A stretch of 59,027 bases of DNA, from assembly GCA_002862715.1 (NCBI GenBank), contig PKDV01000067.1, forward strand, positions 1-59,027. Direction: 5' to 3'. Below the pieces are notes generated by a model. The model searched no databases. It saw only the letters and a list, made by a program, of their open reading frames with translations, and was not told where the DNA came from. Of the stretch, positions 1-10,510 are shown piece by piece; the first letter of the stretch is position 1, and each line of letters begins with the position of its first letter. The translations under genes and the position numbers were made by a program. Source of the stretch: Flavobacteriaceae bacterium (lineage in GTDB: Bacteria; Bacteroidota; Bacteroidia; Flavobacteriales; Flavobacteriaceae).

Positions 1-1133
1 CGCTGTTGTTTTCTATTTTGTATCCGCTTTTTCTAAGTTTATTTTTATTTCTGTTTGAAATCCCAAACTATCTAATTAATACAAAGCCATATTTATTAAT
101 TCTTTGTTTTATAATTATTTTTTTGACTAGAGTTTTGTCTTTCACTATTGTTAGGCTCTTAAGAAAAAAACATTCTGTATTTCAAAAAAAAGTTTTTGTT
201 ATAGAGTCTAAAAAGTCAGAACCATTGATTGAATATATTGAATCAAACTCTTATACAGGCTATAAAAACATAGCCATTGCCCCAAAATTCTTAGAATACC
301 AAAATTTTGGAAAGTTAAAAAAAACCATATCAGAATTGGAAATCTCAGTAATTTTTATTCCAATCGAAAAAGCCTTTGACAGAAACTTTCAGCACATGTT
401 AGATTTGAAGTGGGAAAAAAACCTAAATATCCAACTCTATGCTAACTATGATTATCCAGTCAAAAATGCTTACGTAGACTATTTTGGCCTTGTCCAGTCT
501 TTCCCTTATAGATCAAGTCCGTTAGAAATTGATTTTAATAGAACTATAAAAAAACTTTTTGATTTATTTTTTTCTTTCTCAATAATATTATTAATTCTCT
601 CATGGATGCTGCCAATTATTGCTTTATTAATTAAAATCGATTCTAAGGGCCCTGTATTTTTTATTCAAAAAAGAAACGGCCTTAATAATAAAGTGTTTCG
701 GTGTTTTAAGTTTAGATCGATGACCGAAAACAATGATTTAACCCAAGTTAAAAAAAACGATAAAAGAATAACGCGTATAGGTAAAATTCTTAGAAGGACT
801 AGTATAGATGAATTTCCTCAGTTTATTAATGTTTTAAAAGGAGACATGTCAGTGGTTGGCCCTAGACCACACATGGAAATTCATAATGTCAACTATTCAA
901 AACATTTGAAAAACACAACTCATCCATTTCAACAAAGACACAGCATTAAGCCAGGAATTACAGGGCTAGCACAAGTTCGAGGATTTAGAGGTGAAATAAA
1001 AGGTGAATCAGACATTATAAATAGAGTTAAGTATGATATTTTTTACGTAAAACATTGGACTTTTATTTTGGATATAAAAATTATCCTTAGAACTGCAATT
1101 AACTTGATAAGAGGTGAAGAGAAAGCATATTAG
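1..1133 (+). CDS. Polyprenyl-phosphate sugar phosphotransferase (bacterial sugar transferase family, WbaP/EpsB-like); 5' end lies upstream of the window
   Basis: C-terminal catalytic domain has the KFRSM, DEFPQFINVLKGDMSVVGPRP and PGITGLAQV motifs. N-terminal TM helices are present. The frame is open to base 1 and the listed start at 6 is only a TTG. Confidence 0.85.
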   Translation, partial: LLFSILYPLFLSLFLFLFEIPNYLINTKPYLLILCFIIIFLTRVLSFTIVRLLRKKHSVFQKKVFVIESKKSEPLIEYIESNSYTGYKNIAIAPKFLEYQNFGKLKKTISELEISVIFIPIEKAFDRNFQHMLDLKWEKNLNIQLYANYDYPVKNAYVDYFGLVQSFPYRSSPLEIDFNRTIKKLFDLFFSFSIILLILSWMLPIIALLIKIDSKGPVFFIQKRNGLNNKVFRCFKFRSMTENNDLTQVKKNDKRITRIGKILRRTSIDEFPQFINVLKGDMSVVGPRPHMEIHNVNYSKHLKNTTHPFQQRHSIKPGITGLAQVRGFRGEIKGESDIINRVKYDIFYVKHWTFILDIKIILRTAINLIRGEEKAY

Positions 1134-1136
1134 AAG

Positions 1137-2027
1137 TCAATTTTTTTCATAATTTTTGGTAACCAAATAAACACCAAACAGTATTCCTACAGCAGCAGAA
1201 ATTTTTACCAATGAAAGAGCATCAGCACCAACTATAATTGCATAAGATATTCCTATCAGTGGCTGCAGGTAAGTAAAAACACCTACAGATGTTGCTTTTA
1301 AATATTTAAGAGCAAAAACATTCAGTAAATATGTTAGAAAAGTTGTTCCAATTACCACATAAGCAAATCTCCACAAAGCGTTTAATGGAAGATTTTCCCA
1401 AACCACTTTATCAAATTCCTTGTAGGTTATAGGAAAAGCCATAATAAATCCAAACAAAAACAACCATTTTAATAGGTGAACAGTGGTATATTTTTTTGAT
1501 AGCGGCTTAACAATTATCAAGTAAACCGCAAACGCAGAGGCATTAATGACAAATAGAAAATTTCCCAAAGGTATATTTGGTGCATCTTGTCGAACTTCAT
1601 TTCCAAAAACAATTAAAACAACAGCCCCAATAAAACCCAAAACAACCCCCCAAATTCTTTTAGCCACAAATTTTTCTTTAATCAAAATTCTTGAAAAAAC
1701 AAAAACAAGTATAGGAGTAACAGTTATTAAAACAGAACTATTGATAGGAGTCGATAATTCAATCCCTTTAAAAAAACAAAGCATATTTAACGCCATCCCA
1801 AAAAAAGAACACAACAACATTCTTGGAAAATCATTTAATGAAACTTTTTGTTTTGGAATAAAAAAACTTACAGCCCAAAAAAGGACTGTCGCACCAAGAA
1901 GGCGTAGTTGAACAAAACCAAAGCCTTGAATAAAATGGGGCATTACCTCCTTAGCAATTGTATGGTTAAGCCCATATATAGTTGTTGCACCGAGCGCGGA
2001 TAAAAGAGCAATTTTCCTTTTATCCAT
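1137..2027 (-). CDS. EamA/DMT-family transporter
   Basis: 296 aa with about 10 hydrophobic helices in two similar halves, as in the drug/metabolite transporter family. The ATG start overlaps the upstream stop by 8 nt. Confidence 0.7.
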   Translation of the reverse strand: MDKRKIALLSALGATTIYGLNHTIAKEVMPHFIQGFGFVQLRLLGATVLFWAVSFFIPKQKVSLNDFPRMLLCSFFGMALNMLCFFKGIELSTPINSSVLITVTPILVFVFSRILIKEKFVAKRIWGVVLGFIGAVVLIVFGNEVRQDAPNIPLGNFLFVINASAFAVYLIIVKPLSKKYTTVHLLKWLFLFGFIMAFPITYKEFDKVVWENLPLNALWRFAYVVIGTTFLTYLLNVFALKYLKATSVGVFTYLQPLIGISYAIIVGADALSLVKISAAVGILFGVYLVTKNYEKN

Positions 2028-2376
2028 TAATAACGAAATTCATCATTTCAACTGTTGACTTCGAATTTCCGATATAAACTTTATTGTTCCAGATAAGTAT
2101 TGGTCTTTTAACACAACTATACTCCTTTTCTAGTAATTCTTTAAATTTTTTTTCATTCATAATTAAACCATCTTGTTTTAATTTTTTGTAAACCAAACCT
2201 CTTTTGTTGATTAGAGCTTCGTAACTTTTTGTATAATTATAAAGAAAATCTAATTGATTTTTACTTAGAATTTTGTGTTTAACATCCTGAAGAAACGACT
2301 TATTTCCGATTTCAAGCATATTAATGATTTTTTTGCAAGTAGAGCAAGTAGAAAGAAATATAAATTTGTTTTCCAT
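2020..2376 (-). CDS. ArsC/Spx/YffB-family thioredoxin-fold protein
   Basis: 118 aa with an N-terminal C-S-T-C redox motif. Size and pattern fit the ArsC/Spx family. The exact function cannot be assigned. Confidence 0.65.
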   Translation of the reverse strand: MENKFIFLSTCSTCKKIINMLEIGNKSFLQDVKHKILSKNQLDFLYNYTKSYEALINKRGLVYKKLKQDGLIMNEKKFKELLEKEYSCVKRPILIWNNKVYIGNSKSTVEMMNFVING

Positions 2377-2421
2377 TAAATTGCGAAAATTATATCAAAT
2401 ATTAAAGTGAACAAACATAAA

Positions 2422-2429
2422 TAAATTTG
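2422..2429 (+). promoter_or_regulatory. Candidate Bacteroidota -7 promoter box (TAAATTTG)
   Basis: Exact match to the TAnnTTTG consensus, 17 nt upstream of the ATG at 2446, in a divergent intergenic region. Confidence 0.35.
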
Positions 2430-2445
2430 CTTAAATCAAGATGCT

Positions 2446-3600
2446 ATGAAAAAAACTAAATTAGGACTAAATTCAAGGATAATACACGGAGGTCAAATTC
2501 AAGAAAAAGGATATGGAGCTGTAATGCCACCGGTATATTTTACTTCTACGTATTCTCAAAAAAAACCTGGAGAACACTTAGGGTACGAATATAGTAGGTC
2601 TGGGAACCCAACAAGGACCGCGCTTGAGTCACTAATGGCTAATATTGAATCAGGAAAATATGGGTTTGCATTTTCCTCGGGAATGGCGGCAATAGATGCA
2701 GTTATTAAAACATTAAATCCGGGGGATGAAGTTGTTGCTACCAATGACCTTTATGGTGGAACATACAGGCTATTTAAGGAACTTTTTTCAAAGTACAATG
2801 TAACATTTCACTTTATATCGTTTGAAAGTATTGAAAATGTAAGGAAACACATAAATAAAAAAACCAAATTGATTTGGGTTGAAACTCCCACAAATCCAAT
2901 GATTAGGATTATTGATATTAAAAAAATCGCATCATTAACAAATGAACATAAAATTTTATTCGCAGTTGATAACACTTTTGCATCTCCATATTTACAAAGA
3001 CCGCTAGAGATGGGTGCAGATATAGTAATGCACTCGGCAACTAAATTCTTAGCAGGCCATAGTGATGTAATACTTGGTGCTTTAATAACTAACAATGAAA
3101 CAATCGCAAATAAAATAAAATTCATTCAAAATGCCTCTGGCGCAATTCCTGGACCAATGGACTCATACTTAACCTTAAGAGGCATAAAAACTCTTCACAT
3201 AAGAATGCAAAGACATTGTGAAAATGCCAAAAAAATAGCTAACTTTTTAAATTCTCACCCAAAAGTTTCTAATGTTTTTTGGCCGGGGCTTAAAGACCAT
3301 CCAGCACATTTGGTTGCAAAAAAACAGATGAGTGATTATGGAAGCATGATGTCTTTTAAATTAAAAGACGAATCATTATCAAAAGCATTTAAAACAGTTT
3401 CAAGAATGCGAGTCTTTACTCTTGCTGAGTCTTTAGGCGGGGTAGAAAGCCTTGTTGGTCACCCAGCATCAATGACACATGCATCAATACCAAAAAACAA
3501 AAGGATAAAGAACGGAGTAAGCGACGGATTGATTAGGTTAAGTGTAGGAATTGAGGAAGCATCGGATTTAATTAGCGATTTAGACAATGCAATAAAATAA
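2446..3600 (+). CDS. Cys/Met-metabolism PLP-dependent enzyme (cystathionine gamma-synthase/lyase family)
   Basis: PLP-lysine motif [13 protein letters not shown], plus [13 protein letters not shown] and YSRSGNPTR. 384 aa. The reaction (MetB/MetC/CGL) cannot be resolved from the sequence alone. Confidence 0.85.
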   Translation: MKKTKLGLNSRIIHGGQIQEKGYGAVMPPVYFTSTYSQKKPGEHLGYEYSRSGNPTRTALESLMANIESGKYGFAFSSGMAAIDAVIKTLNPGDEVVATNDLYGGTYRLFKELFSKYNVTFHFISFESIENVRKHINKKTKLIWVETPTNPMIRIIDIKKIASLTNEHKILFAVDNTFASPYLQRPLEMGADIVMHSATKFLAGHSDVILGALITNNETIANKIKFIQNASGAIPGPMDSYLTLRGIKTLHIRMQRHCENAKKIANFLNSHPKVSNVFWPGLKDHPAHLVAKKQMSDYGSMMSFKLKDESLSKAFKTVSRMRVFTLAESLGGVESLVGHPASMTHASIPKNKRIKNGVSDGLIRLSVGIEEASDLISDLDNAIK

Positions 3601-3634
3601 TTCATTAAATAAAGCGTAATTTAAACAATCAGTT

Positions 3635-4975
3635 ATGAATAAAGTTATTAATGAATTCCTAAACGAAGTCAACCGGAGAAACTCTCATGAGCCTGAATTT
3701 ATGCAGGCAGTTTCTGAAGTTGCTAGCACTGTCCTTCCATATATCGTTAGTAAAAAGATTTATCATGGTAAAAATATTCTTTTGAGAATGGTTGAGCCGG
3801 AGAGAGTCATTATGTTTAGAGTACCATGGGTGGACGACAGCGGTGAGATTAGAGTTAATCGCGGCTACAGAGTAGAGATGAATTCAGCAATAGGACCTTA
3901 CAAAGGAGGGCTTAGATTTCACAAATCTGTAAATCTAAGTATTCTTAAATTTCTTGCATTTGAACAAGTTTTTAAAAACGCACTAACAACCCTACCCATG
4001 GGCGGAGGTAAGGGAGGCTCTGATTTCGATCCAAAAGACAAAAGTGATGCCGAGGTTATGAGGTTTTGTCAGAGCTTTATGACGGAGCTTTTTAGACATA
4101 TTGGGCCTAATAGAGATATTCCCGCTGGTGACATTGGAGTAGGAGGAAGAGAGATTGGGTTTCTTTTTGGTCAATACAAGAAGTTGAAGAATGAATTTAC
4201 AGGAGTTTTAACAGGGAAAGGGGTTTCATGGGGAGGTTCTTTGATTAGGCCTGAAGCAACAGGATATGGGACTGTCTATTTCGCTCAAAACATGCTAGAG
4301 AGAGTTGGAGATAACTTAGAAAACAAACAGGTTTTAATTTCAGGTTCTGGAAATGTAGCTCAGTATGCCGCTGAAAAGTGTATTATGTTGAACGCAAAAG
4401 TACTCACACTGTCCGATTCTTCAGGGTTTATTCATGATCCTGACGGTATTGACATCGAGAAACTAAATTATGTTATGAAAATAAAAAATGTTGAAAGACA
4501 ACGAATAAGCAAATACGCGGATAAATACAGTCAAGCCAAATATTATCACAATCAAAAACCTTGGTCAATTCCTTGTCATGTTGCTCTTCCTTGTGCCACA
4601 GAAAACGAAATTACTGAAAGTAACGCAAAAGAATTAATTCTAAATGGGTGTTTTTGTGTAAGTGAAGGAGCCAACATGCCTTCAACCCCAACAGCGATTA
4701 AACATTTTCATCAAGCGAAGGTCTTTTATGCTCCCGGCAAAGCATCCAACGCAGGTGGGGTTGCGGTTTCAGGGTTAGAAATGGCTCAAAACTCTCTTCG
4801 CTACAACTGGACAAGAGAAGAGGTAGATCTTCGCTTAAAAAAAATAATGAAAGACATCCATGATTCATGCATAGTTTATGGAAAACAAAAAAATTATGTT
4901 AATTATGAAAAAGGAGCAAATATTGCAGGCTTTGTTAAAGTGGCAGACGCAATGTTAGCTCAAGGGGTGGTATAA
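3635..4975 (+). CDS. gdhA: NADP-specific glutamate dehydrogenase
   Basis: 446 aa with the KGGLRFH and GGGKGGSDFDPK signatures of hexameric Glu dehydrogenases. Confidence 0.95.
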   Translation: MNKVINEFLNEVNRRNSHEPEFMQAVSEVASTVLPYIVSKKIYHGKNILLRMVEPERVIMFRVPWVDDSGEIRVNRGYRVEMNSAIGPYKGGLRFHKSVNLSILKFLAFEQVFKNALTTLPMGGGKGGSDFDPKDKSDAEVMRFCQSFMTELFRHIGPNRDIPAGDIGVGGREIGFLFGQYKKLKNEFTGVLTGKGVSWGGSLIRPEATGYGTVYFAQNMLERVGDNLENKQVLISGSGNVAQYAAEKCIMLNAKVLTLSDSSGFIHDPDGIDIEKLNYVMKIKNVERQRISKYADKYSQAKYYHNQKPWSIPCHVALPCATENEITESNAKELILNGCFCVSEGANMPSTPTAIKHFHQAKVFYAPGKASNAGGVAVSGLEMAQNSLRYNWTREEVDLRLKKIMKDIHDSCIVYGKQKNYVNYEKGANIAGFVKVADAMLAQGVV

Positions 4976-5010
4976 AGCACGACAAATCAATTTTATTCGT
5001 TTTTCTTAAA

Positions 5011-7287
5011 ATGAGAAGCTTTAAGTATATATTTTGTATATGTTTTTTTATTAATCAAAGCATTGTAAAGTCACAGACTCAGCAATGGCAGAGCCATTAC
5101 TCTTTTTTTAATACAGTTGCGGCAGCTATAAATACAAATGATTTAATTGTAGGAGCTGATAACTCTATTTTTATTCATGACACTCAATCAAACACTAATT
5201 TAGAGATAACTACAGCAGATGGAATTTCAGGAGAGACCATAACATCATTACTTGGTTTAGAGCGAGAAATTTTAATTGGCCATGACACGGGACTAATTTC
5301 AAAAATAAATATCGATGATATGAAAGTTTTTAATGACAACTCAATTCAAAGAAAAATCACTATAGCCGCTAACAGAAAAAAAATTAATAATATATACTTG
5401 AATGAAACTACAGCTTATTTGTCAACAGGATTTGGAATACTTGAATTTAACCCTATTTCGTTTGAGTTTGGAGACACATATTATTTTAACGATGAGAATG
5501 GACCAATAAATGTTAATCAAACCATTGTTTTTGAAGATAATATTTTCGCCGCAACATCATCAGGTATATTTAAAAGCCCATTGAATAACCCATTAATTCT
5601 TCAGTTTGCATCTTGGGAAATAGTACTTGAAGGAAATTGGAAGTCAATTTTTGAAAAAAACGGGATTATATATGCTTTAAAAAAAAGTTTAGAGTATTCT
5701 GAACTATACGATATAACCTCATCTTTTCAGTTAATAAAAAAAATTAACGGCGATTTCCAAAGCATTTCCACAAACCTTTTTGGAACAGTATTGACATTCT
5801 CAAAGCAAATATTCCAATTAAACAATGATTTTGAAATTGAAGAAATTATTAATCCTTTAGACCATGAAATACAGACAGATTTTACTTTTGGAATAAAACA
5901 CAATAATATTATGTGGATTGGGACCTCAGGCTCAGGCGTAATAAAATATAATAACCAAAACAGTTATGAAAACATAAGCCCTGATGGGCCATTAAATAAT
6001 AATATTTTTGATATTTTGTCAACCAATACACAAATTTGGGTTGCCCATGGTGAATATGATTTATTTTATAACCCATATCCGCTGAATGAATATGGTATAA
6101 GCAGCTATGATAACATTAATTGGAACAATATTGGATACAATTCGTTGTTAGATGCAAAAAGTATAGTAAAAATAGTTCAAGACCCTAACAACATTTCTAC
6201 GTTTTACGGATGTTCATTTCACTCAGGAATTCTTGAAATTAAAGATACTAACCCCGTTAATATACTTAATAGTGAAAACAGTGCTCTGGAGAGTGTTTCA
6301 TTCCTAGGCCCAGACTACAAAAGCATACGGGTACGAGATCTTATTTTTGATGAAGACTCAAATTTATGGACTTTAAGTGCTTTGATTAAAAGCGGATTAA
6401 AAAAAAGAGATTTGTCAGGTAATTGGACATCAATAGACCTTTCTTCTGTAATTTCAAATTACCAGTCAGAGTCTGGATATTCTGAAATGGAATTATATGA
6501 TGACATATTGTTTTTTGGAAGTTTAAATAACGGTTTGATTGGAGTCGACACGTCTAAAACACCTCCAATGCTAAAGAAAATTACAGGAGGAGATAATGGC
6601 TTAAAGAGTGATGATGTTAGGGTTATAAAGCTTGATAGAAATAATTATTTGTGGGTAGGAACTAGAGATGGCGTTTCGGTTTTGTATTCTCCCAATCTTT
6701 TTTTTGAAAACGAAACTTCTTTAAATTCGATAGTGGTTTCAGAGAATGGTAATTTAAGAGAATTACTGAGCGGTCAATTTATAACAGACATTGAGGTTAA
6801 CAGCAATAATCAAAAATGGATTAGCACTGCTAGTTCAGGTGTGTTTTTGGTTAGTGAGGACGGTTCAGAGATTTTAAGACATTTTACCAAGGAAAACAGC
6901 CCACTTCCAACATCATCGGTTAAAACAATTGGCATAAATGACTCAGATGGCAAGGTTTATTTTGGCACTTTAAAGGGAATGGTTTCGTACCAAGGAACAG
7001 CTTTTTCAGAGTCTAAGGCACTTTCAGATGTAAGAGTTTTTCCCAATCCTGTAAGGCCTAGATATATTGGCTCTGTCATAGTTAAAGGCCTTCAAAAAAA
7101 CTCTAGAATAAAAATAACTGATATTTCAGGTAATATTGTTTATGAAAAAATTAGTGATGGTGGAAGTATTTCGTGGGATTTACGAACGTTCAGCGGCAAT
7201 AGAGTACACTCAGGAGTATACATTTTGTTCATAAGTACTGAAGACTCAATTTACACAACAACGGAAAAACTAATGGTGATAAATTAA
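5011..7287 (+). CDS. Beta-propeller repeat protein with T9SS C-terminal sorting domain (PorZ-like architecture)
   Basis: Signal peptide, then a long propeller-type repeat region. The last ~80 aa (VFPNPVRP...GVYILFI...LMVIN) look like a T9SS CTD. Its size (758 aa) resembles PorZ. Confidence 0.6.
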   Translation: MRSFKYIFCICFFINQSIVKSQTQQWQSHYSFFNTVAAAINTNDLIVGADNSIFIHDTQSNTNLEITTADGISGETITSLLGLEREILIGHDTGLISKINIDDMKVFNDNSIQRKITIAANRKKINNIYLNETTAYLSTGFGILEFNPISFEFGDTYYFNDENGPINVNQTIVFEDNIFAATSSGIFKSPLNNPLILQFASWEIVLEGNWKSIFEKNGIIYALKKSLEYSELYDITSSFQLIKKINGDFQSISTNLFGTVLTFSKQIFQLNNDFEIEEIINPLDHEIQTDFTFGIKHNNIMWIGTSGSGVIKYNNQNSYENISPDGPLNNNIFDILSTNTQIWVAHGEYDLFYNPYPLNEYGISSYDNINWNNIGYNSLLDAKSIVKIVQDPNNISTFYGCSFHSGILEIKDTNPVNILNSENSALESVSFLGPDYKSIRVRDLIFDEDSNLWTLSALIKSGLKKRDLSGNWTSIDLSSVISNYQSESGYSEMELYDDILFFGSLNNGLIGVDTSKTPPMLKKITGGDNGLKSDDVRVIKLDRNNYLWVGTRDGVSVLYSPNLFFENETSLNSIVVSENGNLRELLSGQFITDIEVNSNNQKWISTASSGVFLVSEDGSEILRHFTKENSPLPTSSVKTIGINDSDGKVYFGTLKGMVSYQGTAFSESKALSDVRVFPNPVRPRYIGSVIVKGLQKNSRIKITDISGNIVYEKISDGGSISWDLRTFSGNRVHSGVYILFISTEDSIYTTTEKLMVIN

Positions 7288-8009
7288 TGGATTGTTCAAC
7301 TAATGCAATTGTTTTAAAGGCGATAAAATATGGAGAAACAAGCCTTATAATAAACATTTACACAGAACTATCGGGCTTACAAACATTAATTGTAAAAGGG
7401 GTCAGAACACACAGTAAAAAGAAATTATTTACAATGGGGATGTTTCAAAACCTTAACATTTTGAAAGTCAATTTTACTAGGAAAAAACAAATAGGCATTG
7501 GAATTTTAAAATCTGCAAAAGTTATTCACGCTTTATCTTATCAAGGAACAGATATTGTTAAGTCGGCAATTTCAATTTTTTCCGCTGAACTTTTAAATAA
7601 CTCCATAAAAGAAGAAGAAAAAAACGAAGCCCTATACAATTTTTTAGTACAATCAATTAGATGGTTAGATGATATTGAAAAACCAGCCAATTTTACAATT
7701 GGCTTTATGATTGAGTTGACAAAATTTTTAGGCATTTATCCTGATACAACAGATATTGATAAAAAGTATTTTGATTTAGTAAACGGAGTGTTTACAAATA
7801 ATAATAGCAGTAAGGGGTGTTATGCGGGAAGAAATATTTTTGTATTAAAAAAGTTTTTAGGTATGAAATTTGATGAGGTAGAATCAGTCTACATAAACAG
7901 AACAGAAAGAATGGAGCTCTTAGATATAATCGTTAAATATTACCAAACCCATATACAAGGGTTCAAGCCTCCAAATACATTAAATATTCTACATGAAGTA
8001 TTTGATTAG
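7287..8009 (+). CDS. recO: DNA repair protein RecO
   Basis: 240 aa with an N-terminal OB-fold pattern (AIVLKAIKYGETSLIINIYT...LIVKGVR). The start shares TAATG with the upstream stop. Confidence 0.85.
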   Translation: MDCSTNAIVLKAIKYGETSLIINIYTELSGLQTLIVKGVRTHSKKKLFTMGMFQNLNILKVNFTRKKQIGIGILKSAKVIHALSYQGTDIVKSAISIFSAELLNNSIKEEEKNEALYNFLVQSIRWLDDIEKPANFTIGFMIELTKFLGIYPDTTDIDKKYFDLVNGVFTNNNSSKGCYAGRNIFVLKKFLGMKFDEVESVYINRTERMELLDIIVKYYQTHIQGFKPPNTLNILHEVFD

Positions 8010-10443
8010 AATAATTATTTTTTTTATTTCAGTTTCTACTTTTTCACAAAATGTAGAAGTTAAAGACATATTTAGCTTATTGCCAATTCCTGAAGTATTT
8101 GTTTTCGACATTAAAAAAGAAAAAATAGCAGTGTCGGACTCAATGGGGGTTGTTAATATTGAAAATTTTGAAAAAAATTCGACATTACAATTTAAACACA
8201 TTGCCTACAAGGCATTAAAGATTCAAAAAAACAACATTAGTCAAAATCAAAATATATTCCTTACTCCTAATGCTGAAAAATTAAATGAAATTGTTCTTTC
8301 TGTTTCGAGGTCTTCTTATGACAAAAACAGATTGGCTAAGGAAGTGAAAGTTATTAATAATACTCAAATAAAGAGACTATTACCTGAAAATACATCCTCG
8401 ATTTTAAATCAAATTCCAGGCATCAGAGTTCAACAATCGCATGGCGGGGGAGGTAGCCCTGTACTGAGAGGATTTGAAGCCAATAGAATTTTACTCGTCA
8501 TAGATGGTGTTAGAGTTAACAATGCGATTTTTAGATCCGGTCACCTTCATAATTCATTAAGCATAGATCCGTTATCCCTTGAAAGAACAGAAGTCATTTT
8601 TGGTCCATCGTCCGTTGGCTATGGCTCAGACGCAATTGGTGGAGTAATACATTTCTATTCAAAGGAGCCACTTACAAACGAAATTAGAAAAACAGACTTC
8701 TCTTTCTCTACTTCAAAAAATTTTGGTCAAAATATTTCAAAAAACGCCTTTCTTTTCGAGTATTCTAATAAAAAATTTGCCTTACTGCAAAGTTTTTCTT
8801 TTTCGAGATTTGGTGACATAATTATGGGGAAAAAACGATATCATGGACATGAAAACTGGGGAAAAGTTTTTTATTATTCTCAAAACACAGACACAAAATA
8901 TTACCCCTCACCAACAATTAATTCTAATCCAAATGTTCAAAAGAACACAAACTATAATCAATTTGATTTATTACAAAAATTTGTTTACAAACCATCTAAT
9001 AACTATAAGTTGTTATTAAACTTCCAGCTTTCAAGAAGCAGCAATATAGCCAGGTTTGATAAACTCAATCAATTAAATGATAACAAGTTGAAATATGCAA
9101 GATGGGAATACGGACCACAAAAAAGAGTTTTAGTGTCTCCTCAATTACTTTTTTTTAGTGAAAAAGATTGGATAAAGTCCGGTAAAATCATCTTATCTCT
9201 TCAAACATTTAGCGAGTCAAGAATTCACAGAAAGTTTAATGAATTAACCAGGAAAACTCAAAAAGAAGAGGTTCAAGTTTATAGTTTAAATGGAGACTTC
9301 AGAGGAAATATTTTTAAAACAGATGACTTGTCTTATGGTGTTGAGGTTACGCATAATTCCGTAGAATCAAATGCTTTTTCCCAAGAGATTGAAATTTCGG
9401 AAAATAAGATTATTTCCCTTTCTGTAAAAACTCCAATTACAACAAGATATCCAAGTGACGGCAGTCAATATTTAACCTTAGCGGGATATATTGATTATAG
9501 AAAAAAATTTAATAACGCAACTCTTAATTTGGGCTTTAGACATACTTACAATCAACTCAAAGCTTTATGGCACGAAAAAGCTTTGATTGATGCAAGTTTA
9601 AATTATGTTTTTCAAAAAAACCAATCTTCGAATTTTTCTCTAGGATATAATTATGAAATTAATAAACGATGGAGTTTAAAGTCTATTTTCTCCACCGGAT
9701 TTCGCGCACCCAATATTGATGATTTAGGAAAAACAAGAGAAAATAATGGAATTTTAAGTATACCAAACATTAATTTAAAGTCTGAATATATTTACAATAT
9801 TGACTTTGGAATAAATAGAAAATGGACTAATGGAAGTTCTGTAAACTTAACATCATATTTTTCTATAGTTAATGATTATATAGGAAGAGGGCTATATTCA
9901 GTTATAAATGATATAACCACTGAAAACCCATCGACAATTTTATTTTCTGGAGATGAAGTGACAACCATTGCTAATTTAAATTTAGGACAGGTCAAATTAT
10001 TTGGAGCAGAAATTGTGTGTGTGTGGAATGTGAGTTCTAAAATAGATTGGCAATCAAATATTACTTTTACCAAAGGAGAGGGAAATTCTCTAACAGGGAA
10101 CCTTCCTTCAATAAGCCCAGTTTTTTTGTCACAAAAGATAAATGTTTCAGTTAAAAGAGGTGATTTGTTTTTAAAATGGGATTATTCTTTTTCTAAAAAC
10201 TCCGAGTTTTTTAGTCCTTGGGGAGAAGACCGCTTGGAAGAAACACCTCTTATTGGAGAATCAATTTATGCTGGAACACCAAGATGGAGTCGTTTTGACA
10301 TCAATTTTGAATATCCAATTTCAAATAGAGTATTTTTTTCTGCAGCATTAAATAATATTTTCGATAGTCATTATAGAGAGTTTGCATCTGGAATATCTTC
10401 GCATGGAAGGAGTTTAAGGGTTGCTTTAAAATATGAGATGTAA
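7993..10443 (+). CDS. TonB-dependent receptor with N-terminal carboxypeptidase-regulatory-like domain
   Basis: Signal peptide and plug motifs (ILNQIPGIRV, SPVLRGF, RILLVIDGVRVNNA). Barrel motif FRAPNIDDLGK. 816 aa. The start overlaps recO by 17 nt. Confidence 0.85.
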   Translation: MKYLIRIIIFFISVSTFSQNVEVKDIFSLLPIPEVFVFDIKKEKIAVSDSMGVVNIENFEKNSTLQFKHIAYKALKIQKNNISQNQNIFLTPNAEKLNEIVLSVSRSSYDKNRLAKEVKVINNTQIKRLLPENTSSILNQIPGIRVQQSHGGGGSPVLRGFEANRILLVIDGVRVNNAIFRSGHLHNSLSIDPLSLERTEVIFGPSSVGYGSDAIGGVIHFYSKEPLTNEIRKTDFSFSTSKNFGQNISKNAFLFEYSNKKFALLQSFSFSRFGDIIMGKKRYHGHENWGKVFYYSQNTDTKYYPSPTINSNPNVQKNTNYNQFDLLQKFVYKPSNNYKLLLNFQLSRSSNIARFDKLNQLNDNKLKYARWEYGPQKRVLVSPQLLFFSEKDWIKSGKIILSLQTFSESRIHRKFNELTRKTQKEEVQVYSLNGDFRGNIFKTDDLSYGVEVTHNSVESNAFSQEIEISENKIISLSVKTPITTRYPSDGSQYLTLAGYIDYRKKFNNATLNLGFRHTYNQLKALWHEKALIDASLNYVFQKNQSSNFSLGYNYEINKRWSLKSIFSTGFRAPNIDDLGKTRENNGILSIPNINLKSEYIYNIDFGINRKWTNGSSVNLTSYFSIVNDYIGRGLYSVINDITTENPSTILFSGDEVTTIANLNLGQVKLFGAEIVCVWNVSSKIDWQSNITFTKGEGNSLTGNLPSISPVFLSQKINVSVKRGDLFLKWDYSFSKNSEFFSPWGEDRLEETPLIGESIYAGTPRWSRFDINFEYPISNRVFFSAALNNIFDSHYREFASGISSHGRSLRVALKYEM

Positions 10444-10510
10444 AGAAAAAATAGATGTAATTAATATTTATTTCTAAAATAATTACTTTCGCTTTCATAT
10501 AATTCAATAA

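Noticed and set aside
7993-8009. The 17-nt recO/TBDR overlap and the 20-nt DUF3108/M23 overlap (18143-18162) considered as signs of gene fusion, frameshift or programmed recoding.
   Set aside because: Each downstream protein starts with a normal signal peptide or lipoprotein signal right at the proposed start. Short same-strand overlaps are pervasive in this compact genome.
10015-10024. (GT)5 dinucleotide run inside the first TonB-dependent receptor gene.
   Set aside because: It is too short to be a functional microsatellite. It simply encodes VCVW.
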